From: Sarea resinae
Taxonomy: Eukaryota
Assembly: GCA_026026165.1 (NCBI GenBank)
Contig: JAPEUD010000017.1
Location: 186,001 to 250,000 of the forward strand
Length of the DNA stretch: 64,000 nucleotides
Direction: 5' to 3'
How positions within the stretch are numbered: the stretch's first letter is position 1; every line of letters starts with the position of its first letter. A program made the translations under genes and the position numbers. This document shows positions 30,373-43,898 of the stretch, in pieces. A model generated the notes under the pieces. That model had not been told where the DNA came from and searched no databases. It saw only the letters and a list, made by a program, of their open reading frames with translations.

Positions 30373-31622
30373 CACGGAAACAGAGAGCGTGTCAAGGCTG
30401 TCCTATGCTGGAGGACCTTCTAGGGTATTGGGGCACTAAGGTGGGATTGCCGGATCAGCTTCTATCCAACCAGTGAGATGACACGGATCAGTAGATTCTG
30501 GAAGCACGCCAGCCGCCTTGACACCGACGAAGAGGCTGTCGCCGTGCAGAGAATGGAAAAAGTATGAGAAGACCATGGCACAACGGCTGCACGCGCAAAA
30601 GAAATGCACGACGGTTGTTGCAAGATCTCTTGAGATGAAATGCAGGATCGAAAAATGAAATCAACTGAAACAAGGCACTGAGGCTGGACTATTGGAATAT
30701 GGATGGGAGACTCACAGGTGGTCAAGAGCGAGATGCTGAGAGGTATGTCGTCCAAGACGGGTAGTCGTGAGTGAAATGCGCTCGCACTTGATGGAAGATT
30801 GATGGCCGCGAAGTCGCAAGGTGTTCAGCGCTCAATGGTTGAGGAGAGTCTACCACGAGATGTCTGGGTGGACGGACACGGAAAGACGGTGATCAACTGG
30901 CAAGATAAGAGTAGAGACTCCACGATGGTCCGCATATTATTATCCGGTTTAGAGGTGCAGAGTCGAATGCGTTCGTCCGTTCTGAGGGAGAGTAATGTTC
31001 ATGATGTGGGGACGATGAGGTGGGGGGTGGAGAGTGAATACGAAGGGAGCACTGAGATGATATTGCTGAACAAGAATGGTAACAACGATTGACCGAGTCG
31101 GGATGCTCGAGTACAGACGTTGGACGCAGACGGTGAACGAGACGAGGATGCGGCGCGGAGCTGAAGCTGAAGCTGAAGCCGAAGAGCAGAGCCGCAGAAC
31201 AGCGTGTGATGCTTTCTGCGCAGTACGCTGTAGAGTACGAAGTTACGCTGTACTTCGCACTTCGTACGAAGTACTTGGAGGGACCTGGGACAAGGTATCT
31301 CGGTACCTAGGTAGGTACGGAGTAGTAAGCAATGATCTCTGCCCTCGGCCCTGATCCCCGGGCCATTACGATACGGCGGGTAACATCAAAGACCGAGGAG
31401 CCCTCCAGGCTGGCGAGTATGGGAAGTCCCGTCCTCGGTCGTCACAACGTCATCACCAAGAGATAAGTTATGTGAGAAAGGCAGGTGAGATCCATGGATG
31501 GACATCAGTACTCGAAATCTCTCCTTCAGTAGACCTCAGAAGCCCCCTACATAGCGCTTATCAAGCTCACATCTCGGCTTCTTTGATCCAGACATTGCTT
31601 ATATCCATCGGCTACAGCAACA

Positions 31623-32905
31623 ATGGCGACCGATCCGAGCAAATACAAGCTCAATCACTCAATGTCAGTATCGCAGCTTGCCCCCCAGCAGAGTCGGTAT
31701 GATGTTGAACACGAAGCAGGATTCGAGTAAAGGATCCCAAGAGAACAAGTAAATCCAGGAATTCTTCCTCGCTTGATTGCCCTCGTCATGTTGACCGCTC
31801 TATCTTCTAGTCCAATTCTACGAATTTCTCGGCCTGAAACAGATCAACAAGCTCGAATTTCCCGAAAACAAGTTCGATCTCTACTTCCTAGCTTTCGATT
31901 CACCACGTGCTGTCTCTCACGGTAATCAGTGGACAGATCGTGAAGGCGTCTTGGAGCTTACACACAACTACGGCACCGAAAATGACCCCGAATTCAAGGT
32001 CGCAAATGGAAATACAGAACCCAGAAAAGGCTTTGGGCATGTCTGTGTCTCGGTCGATAACATTCAGGCTGTGTGCCAGAAACTCGAAGACGCTGGGTAT
32101 AAATTTCAAAAGAAGCTGACGGACGGACGAATGAGGCATATTGCATTTGTTTTGGACCCAGACTCATATTGTCCGTACTACGCTCCACGATCTGATAAGC
32201 ACGTCTAAACAAGCTATAGGGGTCGAGCTAATTCCACAGAACCCCGTGGAGACAACCGAGGGCGTCAAAGAGACAGATTCAGAGACATATCGCTTTGTGC
32301 GTTCCCCCTTCCATACAAGCTAATCATATTCACTCGATCTCTTCGACTCTCAGGGTATTTGGTGGAACTGACTAATTTATACTTCAGAACCACACCATGA
32401 TCCGAGTCAAGGATGCCCAGAAGTCTCTTGACTTTTACAAAAATGTCATGGGCATGCAGCTTTTGCGAACTTCAGAGAACAAGGCAAATGGCTTCAATCT
32501 CTACTTCCTAGGATATCCGCAAGGGAAGGCCCTGCCAAATGAAGTCCCCGAAGGAGTTCTGCCTACAGCGTTTCGAGAAGGTCTTCTCGAGCTGACGTGG
32601 AATTATGGCACGGAGAATGATCCGAATTTCAAATACCACGATGGAAATGCCCAACCGCAAGGGTAAGATCGATTCGCAAGCTTTGGTTGATCGTCTTATT
32701 GAAAATGCGTTCTAGCTTCGGACATATTTGCATCTCAGTTGACGACCTTGACGCCGCCTGTGCTAGGTTCGAGGATCTCAAAGTCAATTGGAAGAAGCGA
32801 CTCACGGACGGTCGAATGAAGAATGTTGCTTTTGTGCTTGACTGCGATGGTTATTGGATTGAGGTCATTCAGAATGAGAAATTGAATCCAAGAGCAAGCT
32901 GGTGA
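31623..32905 (+). CDS. GLO1: Lactoylglutathione lyase (glyoxalase I), two-domain fungal type
   Basis: LNHSM^IRVKDP, DREGVLELTHNYGTE, GFGHVCVSVD, second domain NHTMIRVKD..LELTWNYGTE..GFGHICISVD..DGYWIEVI. Confidence 0.96.
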
Positions 32906-33160
32906 GAGCGTTGTGTCATTTTGGAAAGAAGAACAGTGTTTTCTTCTCCATGTGGTAGGTATGATTTCGGATGAACATGTTCTCTTTTGCGCTTCTTTTT
33001 CTACCTAGTGATTGTGAGACGACGCATAACTTTGCTAGTGATTCATTTACAAGATTGGCGTTGAGCACTAGACCTGACCAACACGGGAAGGTTTGATGAA
33101 CATAGCTGCGCGGCTTCAGATCACAGCCGCACCACAAAGGAGCTATAGGAATGGGACTTT

Positions 33161-34720
33161 TCAATACTCCAGCGCATCACGGAATAGACCTCTCAGCTGT
33201 TCCCTCTCCTCTGAGACCTCAGCACTGAGCGATGGTGCCAACATGAGGACTCGTGCCTGTGGAATCGTGCCCTCGACTAACTCATCCACATGCTCCTTGC
33301 CAAAACCAAGCGCCTTGAGCCCACGTGGCTGATCGCCTAATCCGACCAGAAACTTGGCCAGTGCCTCGCCCAGAACTTCTCCTGCGGCGCTCTTCTTGAC
33401 CCTGCTCACGTCGACACCAAATATCTCAGCGGCCGCGAGATGACGTTCGGGGTTCGAAGCCCCAGTAAAGCGGAACACGCTCGGGGCAGAGACAGCTACG
33501 GACACGCCATGTGGAATGATGGGGGTGCCACCAACGGCGTAGCCATGATGATGGTAACCGGGATTTTGGCTCGAGATTGGGTAGCTCATGCCGTGGCAGA
33601 GGTGGACTCCAGCATTGCCGAAACCGACTCCCGCAAGTGTTGCCGCGAGTAGCATCTGACTCTGAGCCTCGAAGTCATCAGGGTCGCGCACTGCGCGTGG
33701 GAGGTACTGAACCGTGCTGCGAAGAGCTTGCAGAGAAAATATGTCCGAGATAGGGTTTGCGCCTTGGTAGGCTGGGCGTTGGATTGGGTTGCTGGGTCGC
33801 GGTATGCGCTCATAGTAGGGAATCGCGGTCCACGACTCAAGGGCGTGACAAAGGACATCAAGACCAGACGAGGCGTGTACGGCGGATGGCATGGTGCGGG
33901 TATTGATGGGGTCACATATGCCTAAAGTGGGCTTAAGTGCGCGGTGGGCGATGCCGGTCTTAGCCTTTTTTGATACCAGGTCGAAGATGGCGGTCCCTGT
34001 TGTTTCGGATCCAGTGCCTGCGGTGGTGGGAACAGCCACTAAGGGCTTCAGAGGTTTGGTGATGGGAAGGCCGCGGCCGAGAGGTGCGTTTACAAAGTCA
34101 AGGAAATCGGCGTCGGGAAAGCTCGTGTAGAGATTCATGAGCTTGGCAGTGTCGATGACACTGCCGCCTCCAACGGCTAGGAAGGCATCTGCATTTTGCG
34201 GTCTGGCAAAATCAATGGCTTCTTTGATGCTGCAATTCCACTGTCAGAAAACGTAGCACTTCCTGAGCCATCATTTGACTTCTACAGAAGTGGGTATCTC
34301 ATACGAATAGTCCTTGGGTTCCACCCTCGTCTTATCGAAGACAACAAACTCCACACCCTCCTTGCTCAACCCTTCGACCACTTGCTTCATGGCATCCAGC
34401 TTCACAACATTTGGATCCGTGACGACGATGACCTTTTTGGCGCCCAAATTCTTCATATCCATGCCAACTTCCTTGGTACAGCCGGGCCCGAATCGGACAC
34501 TCGACGCCGCCATCTCAAAGGCATACTCCTTCTGCCGGAAAGAATCCACGGGCGTAGCCAACGAGCGCTTCGCGTGGTTAATAGCCGAGCCGACGTGCTG
34601 GTGGTGATGGGATGGGCTTGAGTGACACGGACACGCCGGGCCGTGCGAATACTGTACCGCGCGCAGAAGACTCCGGGCGCGTGCGGCAGCCGTCGGGGCG
34701 ATGCGAACCGGTGTAACCAT
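33161..34720 (-). CDS. Hydroxyacid-oxoacid transhydrogenase (ADHFE1-like iron-dependent ADH), probably mitochondrial; 2 exons
   Basis: KEYAFEMAASSVRFGPG, AVGGGSVIDTAK, AVPTTAGTGSE, GLDVLCHALES, RPAYQGANPISD, GVHLCHGMSYPI; Arg/Ala-rich N-terminus. Confidence 0.93.
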
Positions 34721-35757
34721 GGTGATTTACTATTTCGAATTGTAGACAAGATGGCAATACTCAATGGCAGATGGTACGAGGCATCAGCGTATTCATGCAG
34801 CCGCTCGAAGAAATGAAGCAGGGCACTCGATTGGGTGACTTTTGGAAGCTATTTACTGTGATGTATGGCCAGTAATTGGGCTTTCATAGACGATCGGCCA
34901 AGTTTTCCTTTTCAGATGGACGCACAGAGAGAAGACGGAGAAGAGGAAGAAGGAGGAGAAGAAAAAAAGAAGAAGATGAAGGAAGAGGAGAAAGACTATG
35001 AGCAGTTAGTACTGCGTAGTGGGGTTCAATAATAAGGTAGATGGAGGTGTGCCGAGGGATCGATTAGAACGTTCCCCGCATTCCAATCTGATTGTTTACT
35101 ATCTAGGTACTAGCTTCGTACATAGTAGAGCTTATTGGTGAAATCCGTCCATCCATGGACATGCCCCGTACTTGCTCCGAAGGTATGTTCGTACGTTCCC
35201 CGCTTGCAGCCCACATATCGATACGTCAACTGCCGATGCGATCAGCAACTTCGGAGATACTCCCTTGGGAGTCCCGACGCCTCTCCTACCCCTCCTCGAG
35301 CACACGCCACCCTGCGGCACCAGCCAACAATCAATGCTCCTGTAAGGTACGAAGTATGTGTACTACTCCGGAGTATGTAGGTATGAAGAGCAGACCGGGC
35401 CGATAAACTAGGACAAATGGACTATGGGTTTGGTTTTCGAAGACATAATACTTCCGTCAGTCGTTCTCATTCTTGATTCTCACCGAATTTCCTTAGATTA
35501 CAGGTCATCAACGTCGCTGCTTGTGGTCTATCGCTGACTATCATTAGGCCTTAGGAACAAGTCATCTCATGAGAAGACTCGTTACGCTCATGGCACCGTT
35601 TTACGCCAGAATTAAGAGACTGAACCCGGAAGCCCCGTGACAGACGCGCCTCCTTTGAGTGAACAAATAAGACGTAGCTCGATTTCTGAGGATACCATGA
35701 CTGCCTCAGTACCACATCTCCCCGCTTCCTGCACCGAATCGACCCAATCCTCCTGGT

Positions 35758-37546
35758 CTAGTATTGGCCCGGTGCTCTTTCGATACCAGATCCTGTAACC
35801 TGAGCACCATAACCAGTGGCGTCGTGTGCCGCAATACCTTGTCCCGTCAAGCTATGACTAGCTGTCCCCGCTGTAGGGGAGGCGCCCGTTGATTCGGCGC
35901 CGCCAAAACCACCTCTTGGTGAATTGTGGCCACCAGCGCTGGTTGGAGTGCGTTGAGTTCCGGATGATCCTGCACTTTGCGGACTGGTATATGTAGTGCC
36001 GTGCTGGAGATTTGTAGTCTGCACTGGTGCTGGATGCACAGAATTCTCGGTGTAGCTTGGGGGCTGCTGCTGCTGCCAATCACTGGTTTGCCGTGGACTA
36101 ACAGGGCTGTTGGATCCAGGTTCAGGCAATTCATGCAGAGTCGACCCAGATGCAGCACTGATGATATTCCACCATTTTTGAGCATCAGCGGGAGTATGAG
36201 CCTTGAAAGCTAGCTCATGCGTCATTGAGAACGCATTACCCACTTTGCCCTTGGAAGAATCTTTCCCTTTAACGTTGAATTTGGACCCATCTACGGCACC
36301 TACTATAGAGTCGGGCAAGTAGAGAGACCATTCGGGTGTGGGGTCTTTTTGAAAATCATCATCCGTCTTATACTCATGAAGGAATTTGCTTGGAGTGACG
36401 ATATAGTATCCGGTACTGTATGACTTCAGTAACTTGCCCTTTCTCTCCAGTGACCCTTCTATTAGAGGTTTGGTAGACCGGTGGTTTTGGTTCGGGAATG
36501 TGACATTGCTCATGGACCGAGGAGGTGCGCGAGGGTCGATGAGAATCTCATTGTTTCGGCTGACAAAACGCTGCCATTCAAAGTCCAGAGGAATGGCCTG
36601 AGAGGTCTCAACCATGTCCGTATACATGCCTTTGGTGCGGTCCGCCTGCCCACCTACAAATTGCAGGAAAGATCCCATGGCTTGCTGAATCGTCTGTACG
36701 ACGTGTGCTTCGAATTGCGCAAAATTGTTTTGTACTGCCAATAGATCCTGCCGATTATTGTTCTCCTCGAGGACTTGCTTGTTCAGACGGTGATAGACGC
36801 CTCGTTGAAGAACATAAGGATCATTGAGCGGGTCTGCCTTTCCTCCGCTGGAATTAAAGCCAGCAGCATTCTGAGAAAGCAAATCAATGTGCTTTTGCGT
36901 CGCATTGCGTGCCTTATCAACGGCTTTGCTCCCTTTCGCTGCGCCGCTAGCAAGCTCCTTGCTCTTGTTTTTTATCTCGGTATGTAGGCGTTCCAAAATG
37001 GGAAGAACAGAGCCCTTTAGATTCTTCTCGGTCTCGCTATGTGAATTGGCTATGCCCTGTTCAAATCAGCCTTGAATAGCACGAATACTCGCGCTGAATG
37101 ATCCGGCCAATTACCTGTGTGTTAGATCGGATGTTCTCGAATAGTCCAGCAATACCACCAACATTTTGGTCGAAATGGTGCGCTTCTTTTAGGGGATCAG
37201 AAACGGACTGAGTAATATCTCAGCGATAGTGCTCAATGAATGCAAAGGCGCTGGATGACTCGAACCTTCAACACCTTCTCATACTCTTTACTCTGGGCCT
37301 TGTGCAGTTTCTCGGTCGCAGACACATAATTCTCGAGATATCCACAAGCATGCTTCAGAGCCCGTAGGCGCTCGGTAAGTAATTTTGATGTCTAAGAGGC
37401 AGCCATTAGCTAGATTCGATCGCAGACCGCTCTTCTCCAGCAGGCGATGCTTTTTTTACCTCGCTGGGGTCTTGGTCCGGGACTGCATCATCAGACAATG
37501 CACTGGCGACAGAGGCATGCCGCTTCGGGACCACAGGAGAGGCCAT
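35758..37546 (-). CDS. Slm1-like BAR-PH domain protein
   Basis: MASPVVPKRH..DPSE^TSKLLTERLRALKHACGYLENY (helical BAR-like region); PH domain PLIEGSLERKGKLLKSY..YYIVTPSKFLHEY..PEWSLYLPD..AQKWW. Confidence 0.8.
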
Positions 37547-38279
37547 CGGACCTGATGGCAAAGAATGTGAGGTAGAATGGTATCCTAATAAGTCAGACAG
37601 GTTTGATGAGCAGCAAGATCAGTTGCAGAGGGCGGATGGTAGGTGTCTACCTGGGAGAGCTATTGCGCGAATCCAGAAGCCCTGAAGGTACCTAGATTAT
37701 GGCTTGAAGCTGGACGAGAAGAAGGTCGGGAATGATAGCGGAATGGGGACAAAAGATAACTATCTCCTTGTTTGGCGAACTTGTTCACTCGCGCCCGCGC
37801 ACTTTAGAGTGATGCGGCAGCCCGCAGTCGTTCCACGCGTGATCTCCCCACTGACGTCAACAAGGAACCTCTGGATCGCAAAAGTAAGGTATTCGCTACC
37901 CACCTCACCTGGCACCCAACAAACCAAGACGGAAATCATCATGGGCCTATCTAGGAGCATTTTTCTTGTTGGAGCTACGGGTAACTAATGAAGATTGGTG
38001 GAATTTGTGCTACCTTAGATTAACCCAAGTAATTTTAAATTGAGGTATTCTATTCTACACTCTCGCACAATATTATCTAATTAGCTCTCTAGTCGATCAT
38101 GAAAGGAGAATGCTGGAGAAAGCCTGATCGCGACCAGATATCCACCTCATCTGCGCCAGAAGATTAGCAAGCCGACTCCTTTCAATGCCATAACGCCTTA
38201 TCCTTTCTGAAATCCAGGATATTTCCTTAGAGCCCCAATCCGAATTTGTCTGTCGTTTTGACGAAGAATGCTATTTCAT

Positions 38280-40356
38280 TTAGAGCGCTCCTCTTGCTTG
38301 GACCAGTCGAAATTTACTTTCGTCGAGATCCAACACGGGGCCGGTAGCCTGCAGAGGATTTCTGTGCGACTCCTGTTGCATAGGCTCAGTGGTTGACGGT
38401 CGCTCCTCGGATCCCGAGCTCCCACCCTCCGAGGGCGATCTCGACGGAAGGTGCAGCGCAGGAATCATTGGACCAGCAAGCCCTGGACTTGGTGGCTGTG
38501 ACATAGCAGTCTCGTAATTGGGAAGATTGTCGTTGTCATAGGAAATGATCCTCGCGGGTGATCGAACGGCAGTGGAGTAGCTAGGGACTTTGGAAAGTTG
38601 TGCCTGGTCATATTCAACGTGCTCAGGAGTGTGGGCTCCTGGCGATTGAGTCTCGTGAGACATTTGGCGCGACAGAGGATTGCTCGTGCTCTGGCGACTA
38701 CTCGTTCCTGTACCTCGCGGAATGCTGAAATAGTCATGGTTGGATGAGAGACGCGAATGGTTCGGGTCGTCCTCCGTCAGTGGAGGCGTGTTTGGATTGG
38801 ATTCCAGCATCCCATTTCGATTTCGAGTGAAACGGCTTGTTCCGGCATCCCGAAGGCTGTTCAAACGGGACTGAAGGAGTTGGGCAGACGCTGGTCCTTG
38901 TGCCACCGCGTCGAGAGATGCGACGTTTTCGCTCGAAGTATTTTGACTTCGAGAGTAAAAGGGCGTGGTTACTCCGCTGGTCCCTCCCACAGGTGTCATG
39001 TAGCCACTGGGATCTATATCGCTATATAGTGGGTCGTATTGATGCTCGCCATAGAGTGGAGGCGCGTGCTGTTGGAGGAACTCCATAGCATCTTCCCCAG
39101 GAGGTATCCTGTTTGCTACACCAAGCGGAAGGTTGGGTGAAATAAATATCATGATAGGGAGTATGCCACGGACCTGGCTATGGTTAGCCTACTATCAATG
39201 ACATTGACAAAGCGGGTGAGCAAACTTCGGAAATGTGGCCATCGGGATTCAGAAGCTGTACGTTGAATTTCAGCTTATGCCTGATCTTGAAGCCCTTGCA
39301 ATTGACGTCCTGCACACATTCTCTTAGAGAGGTTGGCAACTGGATGGCCACTTCGGCCGTCCATCCCTCTTGCCCTTCCTCATCGATTGTCTGCTGGTGG
39401 TTTTCGTCTATCTCGGTCTGGTGCGATACAATATCTCTGGTGACTTTGTGCGATCTTTCTGTGGTTGAGAGATCTTGGATCTCGCAGAGAACGAGCGAGA
39501 TCTTACCAATTTTGAGTCCTTTCAACAATGGCACTAGTCGCATGTCTACGCTAATGGACGTTCCGAAAATGACCGCCTTTGACGGAGTACTGATACAATA
39601 CTCGACCTTATTGGGCCAAATATTTTCAACAGACTGTGAATTCGTGAGAAACCGTGTAAGTCGGTAGGGTACGGGCATCGATATAGTCTTACCATAGCAT
39701 GGGCCAACTCCAAGGCGCTCGGATCAAGAGTTCTCACGATCCGTAGATGTCCTCTGGCATGTACATTCGGAGCTAGCAAGCCCCTTTCGATCGTGGCCTT
39801 CATCCGGTAAACGATCCAGCTGTCGTCAAGACCCTCAACACTCTCTGGTGTGCTACCGGGTATGACTAGCTCGAATGGGTACGCGTAACTCCCTGGCGGT
39901 AATATCTCTGATTTGCGCTTTCCCGGCTCCAGTAGCATCCAGTCATGCTTGTAGAAAATTGATTCTTGCTTGATATACCGTCCACTTGCTGAAGGATGAG
40001 TGAGATCCGCAGCCCATCTGTAGGGATAATCAGTACAGGGATAGGCATACGCATGTGCACCTGTAGAGCGGACTCACGCTATCCTCGAAGACCCTGTGAG
40101 GCGAAGGTGGATATTCTTGACGGTGAGTGCCTCCGCCAGGGACAACACCACGGTGCCCCGAAGCAAAGCGCTGGCCGCTTCCTCTCCATTGCCACGAAGC
40201 GTGATGACGTTCTGCTCTAATCTAAGGACCAGAGAACCCTTCGGTCAGTGATCCCTTGAGATGAAAGTGACTGAATGCGTATGTGAGAAATGCCTACCTG
40301 ATTTCGAAGCATTTAACGCTATTGGTTGTATTCCCGAAGAAGGTATTGAACGACAT
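38280..40356 (-). CDS. creD: Alpha-arrestin, HECT ligase adaptor CreD/Rod1-like
   Basis: Arrestin motifs PGSYAYPFEL..PESVEGL..YRMKATIERG, ENIWPNKVEY, IRHKLKFNVQLLNPDGHISE; PY-type motifs PPLY, VPSY, LPNY. Confidence 0.9.
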
Positions 40357-40462
40357 GACCCGGTCTGAAGCCTGTAGGCCGTCGTTCGTCCGAGAACAGC
40401 TGAGAGAGAGAGGGAGAAAGAAAGGTGAAGATGGAGGAGATGAGAGACGCAAAGGTGGGAGT

Positions 40463-40507
40463 TGGTCGCTGGTCGCTGGTCGCTGGTCGCTGGTCGCTGG
40501 TCGCTGG
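40463..40507. repeat. 7-bp tandem repeat (TGGTCGC)x6, ~110 bp upstream of the creD ATG
   Basis: Six exact copies plus a partial copy. Confidence 0.95.
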
Positions 40508-41670
40508 GAGTCCTATGACCACATCCAGATCGGGGCGAGGTAGGTTGCGCGGGATTTATTTTTGCGCAATGCTAAACAAAGAGAATTACACGCGTACGTA
40601 GTACCTAGACAAGCCTTACGTATTAGAGTTGATTGTAGTGGGAGGGTGCTGACACGCGGAGGTAGACCGTACTTTGTCCTTGGTTCTCCTGGGCCCGCCT
40701 GCTGAGTATCGAGCGGTGACGTGCAGGTGCCGATGCTCCTGCTCCTACTAACCACCTCAGGGTCGGGCGCTGTGGCTAAGAGTCAGGTCAAAGGCTAGGT
40801 AGGTACATAGTACTCCGGCTAAGGCGAGGTACTTGAAAGATCAACAGTTCCACGAATAGAAGTAGGTAGAGGTACCTTCTCGACCCTAGCCCTTAACCCT
40901 GCCGGGCCGATGAGCTTTTTCGCTTTCCAGGATCTCTCGTCTGCACGGTGCGCTTTGCCGAAAATTTCAAGGATCGACGATAAGGACTGCCGCTCTTGCG
41001 ATGGATCGAATGGAACCAGATTTCCCGGCAGGAAGCTCGCCTCGATCGTGGCGGCGATATTGCGGTATTTTTCGATTACTCTTTGTGAGACGGAGAGAGG
41101 ACGCGGGAGCTTGGTGCCGTTCGAATCACAGCTTGCTCGAAGACGGGCCGATGGGATGTTACTGTACGGACGGCTTGCCTTTGAGCATGCGGAAGGAGGG
41201 CACGAACAGAGGGAGGAGAAGAGATGAAAGGAGGAAGAGGTCTACGGGCGATAAAAGAATATCGAGATCGATCAGCGGCGTACCTTGTGGATGCGCCTGG
41301 GGTGTGTGGGTGTGAAGTGACAGATATCCCAACCGAGGGGCAATTCTCGTTCCGATGCTTGCCGCGCTGACTGAAGCTCAGCGTGTCTGTTCGTCCAGAA
41401 AGTAACAAATGCCATATGAGGAAGTCAGAGGAGTCAGGCGAGAGGAGAGGGGGGGAAGAGGGAGGGATGTGCATCAGGGGTGCGAAAGCGGCATTGATAC
41501 CGACAAGGTGCCCTGTCTTCGACCTGTGTCCATCAGGTGAGGAAAAGTCGAAGGGGGTTTTTGAGAAGTGCATGTACTCGAGAGTATGCGATACGGCCAT
41601 TAGGATTTCCACAGTACGGTCAGTGCTCGTACTCGTACATCGAACCTTCAAGTACCTCAGGTACTGACTA

Positions 41671-41742
41671 CGGTAGGTAAGGTAGGTAGATAGCTTAGAG
41701 TAAGGTAAGGTAAGGTAAGGTAAGGTAAAGTAAAGTAGGTAG
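41671..41742. repeat. (GTAAG)n / GGTA-type microsatellite
   Basis: About six GTAAG units at ~41700-41735. Confidence 0.85.
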
Positions 41743-43898
41743 AGATAGCCGGCCGTGCGCCTCCAGGCCGTTCCTCGTCCAATCATCAATTAGAGTACTC
41801 GTAATCCTACGCCAGAGTGTCTTAGTAAGTCACGCACGTCCACACGTCCAAACACCCTCTACTCTCTTAGGTAGCTCCGTACCTTGCCTCGGATCCATGA
41901 TTGTACTGAAGTAGTTCTCTGTACGAAGCCTCTCCTGTCGGTACATAGAACGGAGTACATAATCCGATGAGGCATGCCGGTTTGGTGAGGATGATCACTA
42001 AAATACGACGCATCAAGGTGTTACAGAGCTTACCTACTAGTACCTACAGTAGGTAAGCAGATAACAGGATAATCCATACATACTACCTAGGTAGGAAGTA
42101 CGGATAATAGTCGTGGCATTCCAGCGGAACGTTGGAGACCAGAGTGTGATGGCGAGTCATCCTTCCGTCGCTTCTCGCCCGTCGTTAAGAACAGACTGAA
42201 TCGTTTGACGAGAGGCGAACATGTTCGTCGGTTGTTCATCTGCTGACCAGCTCACATCGAATACTGCGACAACAGCAACAACAACAACAAGAACAAGAAC
42301 CAATGTTACAGCCCACGCTTACGGAGTACCTGGAGAGTGACCTAGCCGCATTACTGGTAGTAGGTGGTGGATAGACGTTTGGAGAAGGATAGATCGAAAG
42401 CCGTTCGCATGCGAGCCAACAGCTGTTGGCCCCTCATTCATAATGCGACGATCGCCTAAACGGGAAATCCGGAGGGGGCGGGTAGAAGAAGAGAAAATTA
42501 TTGAAATGGACGGCCGGGAACAGAGAGGCGAACGGGGCGACGAACGGGGGGCCTCGGCCCCGACCGAGTACTTGGTCCGCCCTTAGAGTACAGCGTACTT
42601 TGGTATGTACGCAGTACAGTAGCAAGGCACGGTACACGGTACGGCACGACAGGTTACCAACCTACTTCGGGCCTTGCCGAAGTGCCGCCCAATGGAGCCA
42701 GATAGGATCAATTGATGTTACCGTTGACAGGCCCGGAGTTGGTGATGCCAACCTGAATGGATGGAACGGATGGGATGAATGGATGATACGGGTCCATGGC
42801 CGCATGGCAGGTGGGCCGAGACGGAAATTCCGAATGAAATGGAGTGAGTAGTAGGGAAAAATCCTGCCAGTCTTTGACCGCCTAATGGCGCATGACACTT
42901 CTAACCTTCCGATCCAAGACAACGACACCGGGGCCACGATCTAATCTGGACCGCTCCTACCTACCTGTCTGCTTTCCAAGGTTACCGCCTACTATTTCCT
43001 AGGCCGGTGAGCTGGCTGACCGCGGTTTAGCGAGGTCAGAATTACCTTACTTACATCCAGATACCAACCCAAGGTCCGAGGGATTCAGGAAGAGTGCACA
43101 ATCTTGTTGGTCAACAGCCTAAAGGTTTCCCAGATACCTTAGGTAATGATCCCACGGGTCAGCATCACCGTCCTATGCGGTAGGAGATAGGGAACGCCCT
43201 GGTCCGTTTGACGGAGGATCGCAAAGACCTTTGCCCTCGGTCCCTACTCCGAGTAAGCAGTATTTACCTCCCGTAGCTTCAGGGACCGGAAGAAGCTAGA
43301 AATTTGCAAGTCCTTTCGGACGCACGCTCTTCTTTCCGGACTGTCACGCACCTCGACGTTTGAAGACTATAGCATACGAAGCAAGACAATGTGAATAGCG
43401 CTGGTCGATCAAAACGCCCTCCTCGACTCGAGATATGTAACAGACGTATATAACAAACGATGTTTAGATGCTATGGACACTGGCTGATACGTATGTTCGC
43501 TTTGGCTAAACTCACTAATGCGCGCCACTTTCGCCATCTGGAGCCAACTTAGATTTGCCATTGTGGCGTTGACAAGGCCTTCAACCACCCTTGTAGACTG
43601 TTCATTTGGCAGGAAAACAAGCTCTGACTTGACAGGGTTTATAGTACACAAGCTCGCTGTGAGGGGCGGAATAGGCGCGTGCTATCCTGCTAAGCGTGCC
43701 GCCTGCCGATGCCGAATGCCACGAATGAGAAAATCTCGCTGTTAGCTCAGTTCGCAATTCATACTAGGTATGGTAAGGGGCATATTTGCTAGGCTGCCAG
43801 CTTCCCAAACAAGGTTCTGCTGTCGAAGTCGCGATCATCGCTCACTCTCTGCAAGGGTAAACACATGTTCCTCGTTATTCTAGAATATATCCGACAGG

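Noticed and set aside
41076..41789. 237-aa minus-strand ORF upstream of creD
   Set aside because: Built partly from the GTAAG microsatellite, with atypical composition and no homology cues.
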